From the NCBI GenBank assembly GCA_011388305.1, contig DSAF01000158.1, forward strand, positions 2,212 through 66,211: a stretch of DNA of 64,000 bases. The letters are read 5' to 3'. The position numbers were made by a program, and so were the translations under genes. This document shows positions 8,964 to 18,834 of the stretch, piece by piece. Source of the DNA: Candidatus Zixiibacteriota bacterium (GTDB lineage: Bacteria > UBP14 > UBA6098). The first letter of the stretch is position 1. The number at the start of each line of letters is the position of its first letter. Under the pieces are notes generated by a model that was not told the DNA's origin, ran no database searches, and saw nothing but the letters and a program-made list of their open reading frames with translations.

Positions 8964-10199
8964 TTAGTCCCTGAATCCTATGACATAGATGGCCGAGGCA
9001 AAAGAGCCTGCTGAGGCGAGGCCCTTGAATGTTTCGATGGCAACATACCACGGCGAAGTTCCTACGATGATGACGTCACCTCTGCGAACTGTGCCCGCCT
9101 TATTGGGCTTCATCTTTTCGCCGCCTCGGATGATTCTAACCTGCCCAATTCCGCCCTCGGTTGAAACTCCACCGGCCATGGCGACATACGCTCTGTAGTC
9201 TGCGCCCGACACATAGGGCACCGTGCCGCCGGCCACGACCCTTCCGCCGACATAGACGGAGTCCGGCAAATCCTTGAAAAAAATGCTATCCCCTGCGCTT
9301 ATCGAGGTGCTTTTCCCATCGCCGAAGAGGTTGATAGAGAAGATTTCTCCGCCTCGAACGAGGCCGATGTCGGCGAGGTCGATATGCTCTCTGCTCGCAT
9401 CTACTCGTCGGATAAGCTCCTCGGCGGTGACGCCCGACTCGATGTTGACAATTTCGCCCGAGTATCCCGCCCCGAAAACAAAGACTGCGGGCTTCGATAT
9501 GTCTGCGCCGGGAACGACAACCAAATCGCCATCGAGGAGGTATGGATTCTGCGAGATGTCGCCAAGAGTGAGGAATCTCGAAAGGTCAAGCTCCCGCTCT
9601 GCGCCGCGGCGGATGAGCTTGACTCTGCTCAAATCGCCGGAGGGAAGCCTCCCGCCGGCCAGCTCTATCGCCGAGAAAACTCGATGCACCGCGCTGACCG
9701 TCTGGTTGCCGGGGAGGTTCACCATGCCCACGACATTGACGATGAACATGCGCGCCGATGTCAGCGAAACTGTCAGGTCGCTCTCGCGGATGACTTTGCC
9801 GAGCGCGGAGTTGATATCCGCTTTGGCCTCGGCGAGCGTTTTGCCCGCGACTTTCACGGCAGTTATGTATGGCAAAACGATTGAGCCGTCCGCGCCCACG
9901 ATGGCCTGAAACTGCTCCTCGATTCCGCCGGCGATGCTAATCGTGAACTGGTCGCCGGGGCCAATGATGTAATCGTTTTCATCGACGGCGCCCTCGAGCG
10001 GGATGTAATCCACGATGCCCTCGAGATCGGTGCGTCTTTTTTCGAGTTCTCTGAGCCTGTCCTCCAGCGGAAGCCTCGCGCTACGGACACCCGTGGTGGA
10101 AGATTCCCTTCGCTGGAGTGCGCTTGGCTGTTGCATTTGCTGTGCAAATGCCGAAACGGCTATCGCCATCGCGAGGATGGCTGTGAATGCGAGTCTCAT
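8964..10199 (-). CDS. polysaccharide export protein (Wza-like, Poly_export plus SLBB domains)
   Basis: GPGD motif (DYIIGPGDQFTISI) followed by SLBB-like repeats. The start is set at the internal MRLAFTAIL (signal peptide), which gives a 4-nt ATGA overlap with rfbB. Confidence 0.8.
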   Translation of the reverse strand: MRLAFTAILAMAIAVSAFAQQMQQPSALQRRESSTTGVRSARLPLEDRLRELEKRRTDLEGIVDYIPLEGAVDENDYIIGPGDQFTISIAGGIEEQFQAIVGADGSIVLPYITAVKVAGKTLAEAKADINSALGKVIRESDLTVSLTSARMFIVNVVGMVNLPGNQTVSAVHRVFSAIELAGGRLPSGDLSRVKLIRRGAERELDLSRFLTLGDISQNPYLLDGDLVVVPGADISKPAVFVFGAGYSGEIVNIESGVTAEELIRRVDASREHIDLADIGLVRGGEIFSINLFGDGKSTSISAGDSIFFKDLPDSVYVGGRVVAGGTVPYVSGADYRAYVAMAGGVSTEGGIGQVRIIRGGEKMKPNKAGTVRRGDVIIVGTSPWYVAIETFKGLASAGSFASAIYVIGFRD

Positions 10200-11146
10200 T
10201 GTTGCCCCCCGAATTTTTCTTTGAAGTGCAAGACTGTCTCGCGGAATCCCTCGTCCCAGCTGGTTTGGGGTCGCCATCCCAGCTCGCGGATTTTTGTCGA
10301 ATCTACCGCATATCGGAAATCGTGGCCGGGGCGGTCGGCGACATGCTCGATTCGGCTCTCGGGGATATCGAGAATCTCGAGCATCTTGCGTGCGACATCG
10401 ATGTTCTTACGATGGCAGTCTGCACCGATGTTGTAAATTTCGCCCACCTCGCCGCGGTCGAGCACGAGCTTTATCGCCCTGCAGTTATCTCGAACGAAAA
10501 GCCAGTCGCGCACTTGGTCGCCCTCGCCATAGATTGGCAAAGTCTCGCCCGCCATGGCGCGCTTGACGAAGAACGGGATGAGCTTCTCGGGGAATTGGTT
10601 CGGTCCGTAATTGTTCGTCGGGCGAACAATCACTGTCGGGACGCCCCAGCTTACGCGGTATGCGTTGCAAAGCGCATCGCCGGCGACTTTGCTGGCAGAA
10701 TACGGCGACGACGGATTAAGCGGGGACTCCTCAGTCGCACTGCCCTCGACGAACGCACCATATACCTCGTCGGTGCTGATGTGAACGAATTTCTCGATGG
10801 AAGCCTCGCGAGACTTCTCCATCAGCGCGTGCACGCCCATGATGTTCGAGCGAATGAAGGGGCTTGCCTCGGCGAGCGAGCGGTCAACATGTGTCTCAGC
10901 GGCGAAATTGACCACGTGGCGAGCGTCCTCGAGAGCACGGGCAACATCGTCCGGTTCGGCAATATCGCCTTTGAAGAAGCGGACGCGTTCGTTATCGAGC
11001 GCGCCGTCGAGGTTGTCGAGACTACCGGCATAGGTCAGCTTATCGATAATGAGGATTTCGTCGTAATCGCAGTCCTCAAGTAGCAGTTTGACGAAATTCG
11101 ACCCTATGAAGCCGGCACCGCCGGTTATTACTATCTTGTTTCCCAA
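10196..11146 (-). CDS. rfbB: dTDP-glucose 4,6-dehydratase
   Basis: MGNKIVITGGAGFIGSNFV Rossmann motif and the extended SDR catalytic YxxxK. The strong match to RmlB covers all 316 aa. Confidence 0.9.
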   Translation of the reverse strand: MGNKIVITGGAGFIGSNFVKLLLEDCDYDEILIIDKLTYAGSLDNLDGALDNERVRFFKGDIAEPDDVARALEDARHVVNFAAETHVDRSLAEASPFIRSNIMGVHALMEKSREASIEKFVHISTDEVYGAFVEGSATEESPLNPSSPYSASKVAGDALCNAYRVSWGVPTVIVRPTNNYGPNQFPEKLIPFFVKRAMAGETLPIYGEGDQVRDWLFVRDNCRAIKLVLDRGEVGEIYNIGADCHRKNIDVARKMLEILDIPESRIEHVADRPGHDFRYAVDSTKIRELGWRPQTSWDEGFRETVLHFKEKFGGQQ

Positions 11147-11251
11147 AACTTTTCCTAACTAATTATTGTTCTCCTCGAAAAACGAGCTAATTCGCTTTGC
11201 AATCTGTGTTCAGCAATTTCGAAGCCAAAAAATTTCTGCGGTGAAGCGTCC

Positions 11252-11285
11252 CCAAAAAATAAAGGGCGAGGCGCACCCCGCCCTT
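11252..11285 (-). terminator. rho-independent terminator downstream of the 11315-11848 gene
   Basis: On the minus strand AAGGGCG-(10 nt)-CGCCCTT is followed by TTTATTTTTTGG. Confidence 0.7.
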
Positions 11286-11314
11286 ATTATAGGCGTCACG
11301 AAAATCGCTCGGCT

Positions 11315-11848
11315 TTACCACCTTATTATATAGATGCACTCCGGATACTGCATTTTTCTGCAACACATATCGTCCTCGTGCTCTATCTTCACGGGCTGGC
11401 CGTCGTTATATTTTTCCATATAGGCCGAGAGAAAGCCCATGTCATAGGCGCAGGGCCTCGGGTTGTGGCTGATAATCCGCGCGGCGTTGTCCTCGAGATC
11501 GGTGAGTATGTATCTTCCGGAATCGCCGCCGTGGTGGAACGACTGGTAAAAGTCATTGAGGCGCTCAGCCGCGTCGTGCGGGTTGTCGATGTCTTCTGGG
11601 AAATCGATCACTTTTGACAGCGATCTTCCGATGGCGTAGAGCGCCGCGTCACCAAGCTCGCTGGCGATGTCCGTGAATGCGTTGAGCCAGCTCTGCTCGG
11701 GATACCATTTGTCGGGATCTATCTCCGTGATTCCGTATCGTGCAAGAACATCCCTTGCATAATCTTTGTTCATGAGACCCTCGACGATGGCGAGCATGGT
11801 TCTGCCTTTCACCACAGCCGACGGCGACAGCGCTGAATAGTCGGGCAT
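11315..11848 (-). CDS. hypothetical protein with a Cys-rich C-terminus
   Basis: 177-aa ORF with SD AGAGGAGA before the ATG. The C-terminus reads CAYD...CCRKMQYPEC. No family assigned. Confidence 0.55.
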   Translation of the reverse strand: MPDYSALSPSAVVKGRTMLAIVEGLMNKDYARDVLARYGITEIDPDKWYPEQSWLNAFTDIASELGDAALYAIGRSLSKVIDFPEDIDNPHDAAERLNDFYQSFHHGGDSGRYILTDLEDNAARIISHNPRPCAYDMGFLSAYMEKYNDGQPVKIEHEDDMCCRKMQYPECIYIIRW

Positions 11849-11974
11849 TTCTATCTCCTCTATTGATTTATGATTTGTGATTGATGATTATAGATTGGAA
11901 GGCGAGCGACTTTGGGTCGAACCCCGCCTTTTACAATCTTCAATCTCCAATCATCAATCTGAAATCCAAGTGCT
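11849..11974 (-). promoter_or_regulatory. conserved 5' leader element, copy A (shared with the secD upstream region)
   Basis: Minus-strand sense reads TTGGATT-CAGATTG-GATTGGAGATTG ... AAAAGGCG-loop-CGCC ... AAATCATAAATCAA-SD-ATG. This is about 70% identical over ~125 nt to 14897-15017. Confidence 0.6.
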
Positions 11975-12904
11975 CTATCTCTTCGCGCCGATTCTCTTGG
12001 GAGAAACATTCTCCCACGCAACAACTATCGGGCTTACGACGAAAATCGAGCTGTAAGTTCCAACGATAATTCCAATAAGCAAAGCCAGCGAGAAGTCGCG
12101 GATGACCGGCCCGCCGAAAAGGAATATACAGAGCACCACCAAGAACGTTGTCAAACTCGTAATCATCGTTCGGGTGATGGTCTGGTTGAGCGAGCGGTTC
12201 ACGAGGTCGCTGAACTTCTCTCTGAAGAGAATTCTCGCGTTCTCGCGGATTCTATCCGAAATGACAATCGTGTCGTTAATCGAGTATCCCACGATGGTGA
12301 GAATTCCCGCCACCACCGGCAGGGAAATCTCCGTGCGGAGTATAGTCAGCACGCCAACCGTGATGATGACATCGTGGAACAGCGCGACGACCGCCGCCAC
12401 GCCGAAGCGGAACTGGAAGCGAATCGTCACATAGACGAGAATGCCGATTAGCGCTAAGAGAGTAGCCCACAGCGCTTTGCTCTTAAGCTCGCCGGAGACT
12501 TTGGGCCCAACGACTTCCTTGAGGCGTAGCTCTATGGCGTCATCGCCATATTTCGCTTTAAGCTCGGCAAGAACTACTTCGCCGGCCTCTTTGCCGTCGA
12601 TTTCCATTTCCGCGGGCAGTCTGAAAACGACAATGCTTCCGTCGCCTATGGACTGTATCTCCGCGCCGGTAACTCCCGCAGTTTCGACGATAGAGCGAAT
12701 CTCGCCAACATCGACGGGCGAGTCGAAACCAATCTCGATTACCTCGCCGCCCTTGAAATCGATGCCATAGAGCATCAAATCGCCTTGGGAGATGAGGTTC
12801 ATTGCGAACGCCACAATCGCCAGAACTAATAAGATGCCGCTAATGACGAACCCGGCTTTGCGCTTGCCCAAGAAGTCCCAGTTAGTATCTTTAAGGAATT
12901 CCAT
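11975..12904 (-). CDS. secF: protein translocase subunit SecF
   Basis: Six-TM SecF topology and sequence. It follows secD directly. Confidence 0.9.
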   Translation of the reverse strand: MEFLKDTNWDFLGKRKAGFVISGILLVLAIVAFAMNLISQGDLMLYGIDFKGGEVIEIGFDSPVDVGEIRSIVETAGVTGAEIQSIGDGSIVVFRLPAEMEIDGKEAGEVVLAELKAKYGDDAIELRLKEVVGPKVSGELKSKALWATLLALIGILVYVTIRFQFRFGVAAVVALFHDVIITVGVLTILRTEISLPVVAGILTIVGYSINDTIVISDRIRENARILFREKFSDLVNRSLNQTITRTMITSLTTFLVVLCIFLFGGPVIRDFSLALLIGIIVGTYSSIFVVSPIVVAWENVSPKRIGAKR

Positions 12905-12919
12905 ATGTATCTCCTATCC

Positions 12920-14896
12920 TTATATTGAGAGCTTCTCGATGTGTCGTCTCGAGGTTATGAACTCAAATATCAGCCTTGTAACGACAATGGCCGTAATCAT
13001 GCTGATTATGATGCCCATGAACAAAGTCACCGCGAATCCTTGAACCGGCCCTGTGCCGACCATAAAGAGAATTGCGGCGGTAATGAGCGTCGTGATGTTC
13101 GCATCGACGATTGTCCTGAACGCGCGCGAATATCCGGCGTCGATTGCCGTCCGAACGGTTTTGCCGGAGCGAAGTTCCTCGCGTATTCGCTCGAAGATTA
13201 GAACATTCGCATCGACGGCCATGCCTATTGTAAGAATGATACCTGCGATTCCGGGTAGCGTCAGCGTTGCCCCGAATGCCGCCATTCCGGCCATCAGCGC
13301 GATGAGGTTTAGAATAAATGCTAAATTCGCGATAACGCCGGCCATTTTATAATAAATAATCATGAACAACGCAACGAGAATCGCCCCGAAAACGGTCGCC
13401 ATCACGCCCTTGCGGATGGAGTCCTCGCCCAGCGACGGCCCGACGGTTCTCTCGCTTTTTATATCCAATGGCACCGGCAGAGAGCCGGCACGGAGAATAA
13501 TGCTTATGAGCTTGGCCTCATCGAGGCTCGGGATGCCCGTAATTTGGGCATCGCCCTCGATTTTATTCTTTATATTGGGGGCGGAATAGACCTGCTCGTT
13601 GAGGATTATCGCCAGTTGCCTGCCAATGTTTGCACCGGTGACTTGTGCAAACATCCTGCCGCCCTGTGCGTCGAAGCCCAAATTCACTACCGGTCTTCCG
13701 TCGTTTCCAAAGCCGAAGTTCGCTTTTGAGACTCTATCTCCTGTGAGTTCCACTTTGTCGTTTAGAAGATAAAGGAAGCGATACCTAACGCCGCGGGCAA
13801 ACTCGTCTCTTGCGCCCCAAACAAACTCCGTTCCGCGCGGGAGAACATCGAGGATTTCGGGAAGGCGTATGATTCTGCTAACAGTGTTGAACTCGCTTCG
13901 AGGAACCATGATGACATCGCCGGAGACCTCGACGAGCGAGCTGAACGGCCTTGAAACTTCGATATCATCGGTAGAAAAGGGCAAGTCCTCCGAGGTAATG
14001 ATGCCCGATTCATCATCGCCGAAGATATCGGCAATGGCCGGAGCGTCCTCGGCAGGCTCTTCCTCGATAGCATCATCAGCCGCCATGAGGTCGGACGGAG
14101 GAACATCAGACTCCTCTGCCTCATCGACTTCGCGGGAAGTCCTATCTGCGTCCTCGGGGTGAGACTCGACTTTGGGCATAGTCTCGAAATCGTCTTCTAA
14201 ATGAGTGCGATACACACTTGCCAAAAGCTCGGGCCTGTCGCGAAGGAGCGCGTCGATTCTCTCGATAGCCTGCTGGACATCTCTATCTCTGCGAACAAGT
14301 TGAAACTTAAGTATCGCGGTCTCTTTGATGAGCGACCTTGCCTGTTCGGCATCTTGCACGCCCGGAAGCTCCACGACGATTCTGTCGCTACCGACCGTCT
14401 GGATTACAGGCTCGGAGACGCCGTATTGGTCGATTCTGCTTCTAACGACCTCGAGTGCGCCGTCGATTGACCTTATGCGCTCTTCGCGGATGGCTCGGAT
14501 AATCTCGCCCTCATTGCCGCCGAGATTGCTAAAATATTCCGTAAGCTCCAATCCTTGCCTGCGGAATACTCCGGGCATGACCTCGAGGAAATCCCTATTT
14601 TGTTGCTCGGACAGACGCTTCGTCTCGCGAAGTGCGGTGAGCAATTGCCCGTCGCGCTTTAAGGCGCGGCTCGACAGTAGCGTCACTAAATCCGGCTCAA
14701 GCAGAAGGTGCATGCCTCCCTGAAGATCGAGACCGAGTTTGATTGATTTTGCTGAAAGCCTTTCCTCCAACTCCGGACGCATGAGCTTTTCATCTTCGGA
14801 CATGAAGCTCAACCTGAGCGTCGGATAGAGAAAATAAAGCGATAATATCACGAGTAGCACCGTGATAATCATTCTCCATGCCTGCGCGCCGCGCAT
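12920..14896 (-). CDS. secD: protein translocase subunit SecD (with an acidic low-complexity insertion in the periplasmic domain)
   Basis: SecD N-terminal TM segment, P1 domain and C-terminal 5 TM segments. There is an ~85-aa D/E-rich insert (EVDEAEESDVPPSDLMAADDAIEEEPAEDAP...). SD AAGGAGGAG precedes the start. Confidence 0.9.
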   Translation of the reverse strand: MRGAQAWRMIITVLLVILSLYFLYPTLRLSFMSEDEKLMRPELEERLSAKSIKLGLDLQGGMHLLLEPDLVTLLSSRALKRDGQLLTALRETKRLSEQQNRDFLEVMPGVFRRQGLELTEYFSNLGGNEGEIIRAIREERIRSIDGALEVVRSRIDQYGVSEPVIQTVGSDRIVVELPGVQDAEQARSLIKETAILKFQLVRRDRDVQQAIERIDALLRDRPELLASVYRTHLEDDFETMPKVESHPEDADRTSREVDEAEESDVPPSDLMAADDAIEEEPAEDAPAIADIFGDDESGIITSEDLPFSTDDIEVSRPFSSLVEVSGDVIMVPRSEFNTVSRIIRLPEILDVLPRGTEFVWGARDEFARGVRYRFLYLLNDKVELTGDRVSKANFGFGNDGRPVVNLGFDAQGGRMFAQVTGANIGRQLAIILNEQVYSAPNIKNKIEGDAQITGIPSLDEAKLISIILRAGSLPVPLDIKSERTVGPSLGEDSIRKGVMATVFGAILVALFMIIYYKMAGVIANLAFILNLIALMAGMAAFGATLTLPGIAGIILTIGMAVDANVLIFERIREELRSGKTVRTAIDAGYSRAFRTIVDANITTLITAAILFMVGTGPVQGFAVTLFMGIIISMITAIVVTRLIFEFITSRRHIEKLSI

Positions 14897-15017
14897 ATAC
14901 TCCTCCTTGATTTATGATTTAGGATAGGTGATTTATTTGGGATTCGGGCGATTTCCTTACGCAGTAGCGCCTTTTCCAACATAAATCTCCAATCCGCAAT
15001 CTGCAATCCAATTTTTA
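14897..15017 (-). promoter_or_regulatory. conserved 5' leader element, copy B (upstream of secD)
   Basis: Homologous to 11849-11974: TTGGATTGCAGATTGCGGATTGGAGATTT...AAAAGGCG-loop-CGCC...AAATCATAAATCAAGGAGGAG-ATG. Confidence 0.6.
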
Positions 15018-15088
15018 GGCCTATAGCCTCGAACACAGAATTCATGATTATAAGATTTAACTTTGCTTTTGTCAAAGGAAAAAATCTA

Positions 15089-17884
15089 TCATTCACGCTT
15101 TGGCGCAAACTCTATCTCTACTCGGCGGTTTGTGATTCTTCCCTCGGGGAGTTCATTGTCTCCAAGTTCGATTTCGTAGGATTCCGTGCCTTTACCGCGC
15201 ATAAGCATATACGGCCTCGACGAGCCGTATCCCCGCGTGGCGATGGCGGAATTTCTCGTGGTGAGCCACGCATTCAGTTCGTCCTCTTCCGACATCCCAA
15301 GAATCTTCATTATGTATTCACGGAAAGTGAGAAGCTGTTCATCGGCACGGCGCCGGGATAGCGCCTCGTTAGCGGTCTCGACGCCCACGACATCCGTGTG
15401 GCCGCCAATTATGACATCGACACCGCCGTCTCTGTCGATTCTATCGACTATCTCCCGCGCGAGCTGTTCCATCCGAACCGATGCGTAATCCGGCTCGCCG
15501 TGTGCCCCCGCAAACGCGAATTGCACCAAAATAAGCCTTCCGGAAGATTTGCGACGCTCGGTATGCTCGACGCGGAGAGTCTCTGGCTCGGAGATAGCCC
15601 TTTGCCCGAAGTTATCGACCGCCTCCGCGCGGGCGATATAATAATCCGTAGGCTCGACAAGCGCACCGGCGGATGTCCGCCAATCCCATGCTACATCGCC
15701 GATGAGGCCGCCTTCGCTCGTGAACTCGCGGACGAGAGCGCCTCTGCTGTTCTCGATGACGACTCTCGATTCGGCGACATCTGCGCCGCCACGGACACTC
15801 ACACGGAAATTGCTTCTGCCGTATCCCGGCTCGACGATAGGTGCGCCATCGGGAATCTCCGTCGTCTTCGGCATATAGAGAATGCCTCCGGCCGTTATGA
15901 TTATCTTCGGCTCTTCGTCGTGCGCCTCTCGCGAGAACACCCTTCCGGCGAACTTCGAGCCGAGATATTCCGCGAACTTATTCTTAATGGCGAAGGCCGA
16001 GTCCAGTGAAGGCGCGACGGCGACAATCTCAAATAGCGGATTGGCCGCAAGGCGCGCTTTGATGCTCTCGACATCGAGGCTCTCGAGCGTGTTCGCCCGA
16101 AGGAGCCATTCGCTCGGTTGCGCGGGGCTAACGCGAATCTCCACGCGGCGGTTTTCCTCGGCGGTGAACTTCCCCCCGAGGCGCGTTCCCTCGAAGCGCT
16201 CCCTCTCGGCGCGCGGGCGTGCGCGGTCGTGCCATTTCGCGACATCGACTCGCCCATCGAGAGACGGCTCAATCGAGAGCAGTGCATCCCGAGTATTGGC
16301 GGCGCGGGCGTCGGCAAGGTCTCGTCCCTCGCGGTTCTGGGGGTCGTCGCCGGAGAAATAACCCTCGAAAGTGAGCGTCGCCTCCGGATTGTCGGCGAGC
16401 CTTCGGGCGATACTCCTCAGCGTGCCATGAAAACGCTCGGGGACTTCGTCCGAGCCAGCAGAGAAGAAGACTATCGGTATCAACGGCTCGTCCTCGGTGA
16501 CAGTAAGATATTGCGTCACATGAAGTTCGCGAACATCGACATTCATGCTCGCCGTGGGTGCGCCGAAAATATAGAACCCCGCCGATTGCTCGTTGTTCGT
16601 CTCATCCAACTCGAGAATTCTGCCGTCGAAGTTGGGGGAAAGCTCGCCGGTGTCATCGGCGCGGACGAGAAATTCCAGCGCGCCGGAGTCGCTCGCCGTC
16701 CACTCGAAATCGACAGTCGCGCTACCACCGGCGGGGACTCTCTTTGCGGTGAGTGACCGTATTCTCTCGCCGCGCAAGAACACCGCGACCGGAACGTCAT
16801 CCGCAGGGCGAGTGCCCTCGTTGCCAATCTCGATGCGTATCGTGAATTTACGCCCAGCGACGGGGTCGCCATCGAGGGCGATGTCGCTGACCACCAAGTC
16901 GGGATAGGCCGGCGGCGGAGGCTCGAAGCGATACGACGCGGAGACTCTGTGCGACGGGAAGTTGACGCCGGTAAGGGGTTGTGACGCCTCATACCTAACG
17001 CCGAGGCCGGCATTCGCGTCGAGATAGTATGTCGCGCCTATGCCGAAAGCCCATCTACCAAAGAACAGCCCCAGCTCGAGGTTGCCGTCCAGAAAATCCC
17101 GGCGAAAGGCCAAGTTTGGGTCGATGTCCGCCTCGAACTCGCCATACTCCGAGCGAAAATTTATCGACGGCGAGAAACGGATTTCCTCCCAGGGCAGTGT
17201 GAATTCGCCCGCAAACTGAAGCTCCATAGGCAATCTGTCGTCACCTGCGAGGCCGAGATTCGGGCGGTTGATGTCGTCGCCGACGATAGAAATCGACCAG
17301 CCCGGCTTTCGGTAAATCATTCCCGCGCCGAAAGATAGCGCCGTCGCGCTCGTGCCGCCTTCGAACAGCGGGTCGTTCGGGTCGCCGAGGCGGAACCGCG
17401 ACGCGGCATAAGCCCTTCGCCTAACTCGCGCTGTCGCACCGCCAAAGAGGCCGAGTCGCCTCGTCTCCTCGATGGGGCTGTGGGGCTTGCCCATTCGCCT
17501 CGCATAGTGCACCGCCAGAGACTGCGTCGAGAGCAATCCGCCGGCGAAAATCCCCGCCGATGCGCCCCAGCCGCTGTTTATATGCCTGTGCGCGTAGAGG
17601 ACATTCCCCGACGAAATTCCCTCGCCGATGCCCCAGTAATACCGCTGAAAATCGAACGCGGCCTGTGCCTGCGGGACAGTCGCGAGGCTCGCGGGATTGA
17701 GTAGCGACGGCCTGTGCGGCACGGCGAAAGAGCCTACGCCGCCGACGGGCATGCCATCGAGAAGGAGATTGTTTTCGTATGGGAAGAAATCGTAATTCAA
17801 AATATCGCTCTCGCCTGCAGATGCAAGAATTGCGGGCGCGATAAGCGTTACGAGCAAGAATGTCAGCGGAAAAAACTTTCTCAT
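15089..17884 (-). CDS. large OmpA-family outer-membrane protein (N-terminal beta-rich region, CARDB-like domain, two OmpA-like C-terminal domains)
   Basis: Signal peptide and a CARDB-like segment (DLVVSDIALDGDPVAGRKFTIRIEIGNEGT). The OmpA/MotB peptidoglycan-binding motif is VIIGGHTDVVGVETANEALSRRRAD, with a second degenerate OmpA-like motif upstream. Confidence 0.7.
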   Translation of the reverse strand: MRKFFPLTFLLVTLIAPAILASAGESDILNYDFFPYENNLLLDGMPVGGVGSFAVPHRPSLLNPASLATVPQAQAAFDFQRYYWGIGEGISSGNVLYAHRHINSGWGASAGIFAGGLLSTQSLAVHYARRMGKPHSPIEETRRLGLFGGATARVRRRAYAASRFRLGDPNDPLFEGGTSATALSFGAGMIYRKPGWSISIVGDDINRPNLGLAGDDRLPMELQFAGEFTLPWEEIRFSPSINFRSEYGEFEADIDPNLAFRRDFLDGNLELGLFFGRWAFGIGATYYLDANAGLGVRYEASQPLTGVNFPSHRVSASYRFEPPPPAYPDLVVSDIALDGDPVAGRKFTIRIEIGNEGTRPADDVPVAVFLRGERIRSLTAKRVPAGGSATVDFEWTASDSGALEFLVRADDTGELSPNFDGRILELDETNNEQSAGFYIFGAPTASMNVDVRELHVTQYLTVTEDEPLIPIVFFSAGSDEVPERFHGTLRSIARRLADNPEATLTFEGYFSGDDPQNREGRDLADARAANTRDALLSIEPSLDGRVDVAKWHDRARPRAERERFEGTRLGGKFTAEENRRVEIRVSPAQPSEWLLRANTLESLDVESIKARLAANPLFEIVAVAPSLDSAFAIKNKFAEYLGSKFAGRVFSREAHDEEPKIIITAGGILYMPKTTEIPDGAPIVEPGYGRSNFRVSVRGGADVAESRVVIENSRGALVREFTSEGGLIGDVAWDWRTSAGALVEPTDYYIARAEAVDNFGQRAISEPETLRVEHTERRKSSGRLILVQFAFAGAHGEPDYASVRMEQLAREIVDRIDRDGGVDVIIGGHTDVVGVETANEALSRRRADEQLLTFREYIMKILGMSEEDELNAWLTTRNSAIATRGYGSSRPYMLMRGKGTESYEIELGDNELPEGRITNRRVEIEFAPKRE

Positions 17885-18834
17885 GAAATCGGTGGCGCTT
17901 TGGAACCTGCGGATGCCGTCACGGGGGCTTTGATGTCATAGACACGAACGATGAAGCCCGCCCTCAAAGTGTCCTCCGTGATTGCCCTGCCGTTTGCGCC
18001 CTCGATTGAGAAGCGCGATATTTCTATCATCTTGCCGCTATTTTCGACAGAGCGGACGAAATTGGAAATCGCCGAGAAACTTCCGTTGCCCTTAACTCCG
18101 ATGAGATATCGGCTTCCTTCGGGGATTGTCTCGCTCCCGAGTGCGCTTGTTTTCACGGCAGACATGCCGCTGGCACGCGCAAGCGAATCGACCTCGCGAA
18201 GAACAGCGCCCCGCATATATGGCGGAACGGTCTTGGCATCGGCGGTGAGGCGCGCCGAGGGCAAAATTCCGAGAGCAATCGTATATTCCGTCTCGCCGCG
18301 CTTGATGTCGAATTCGAGAACCCGCTCGGTCACGACGACTTCCGAGCGGAAGATTCCTCCGGCTGTTTGGATGTCGATATTGACGGGCAGGAGGCCGCGA
18401 ACAAGCAAGCTTCCCTCCGCGCCGGTGGTAGCCGAAAAGACTTTGCCGCGCGCCGTCCTCAATACATCCAATATCGGCCAGACGCGCCCGAACCACGGGA
18501 CAGGAGCGGCAGTCACCGCCGCGACTGGGCGGGCGGTTTCCGAAGGCGGCCTCTCGGGGGCGCGCTCGGTCATCCGTGGCGGCGTTTCGGCGGGCGGTGT
18601 TGTTCGCGGGGGCGCCTCGGCGACGCGGGGCACACTCTCCCTCCGCGCAATCCGCCGCACACCAAACTCCGGCGCAATCTTGGGCAGTAAATTCCACCCG
18701 ACAATCGCCAGAACCACCACGACCAAGCCCGCCAAGGCGATGAGCTTCCAGCGAGGGCTTTTCTTCTCCTCAACCTCGGCGAGCACAGGCGCGGCCTGCG
18801 GCTCGATGAGCTTTATTGTGAGAAACTTAGTCAT
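17881..18834 (-). CDS. hypothetical membrane-anchored protein with a Pro-rich linker (possible pilus-assembly partner of PilM)
   Basis: N-terminal TM segment, a Pro/Ala/Thr/Arg-rich linker and a C-terminal globular domain. It lies immediately downstream of the PilM-like gene, overlapping it by 8 nt. Confidence 0.5.
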   Translation of the reverse strand: MTKFLTIKLIEPQAAPVLAEVEEKKSPRWKLIALAGLVVVVLAIVGWNLLPKIAPEFGVRRIARRESVPRVAEAPPRTTPPAETPPRMTERAPERPPSETARPVAAVTAAPVPWFGRVWPILDVLRTARGKVFSATTGAEGSLLVRGLLPVNIDIQTAGGIFRSEVVVTERVLEFDIKRGETEYTIALGILPSARLTADAKTVPPYMRGAVLREVDSLARASGMSAVKTSALGSETIPEGSRYLIGVKGNGSFSAISNFVRSVENSGKMIEISRFSIEGANGRAITEDTLRAGFIVRVYDIKAPVTASAGSKAPPIS

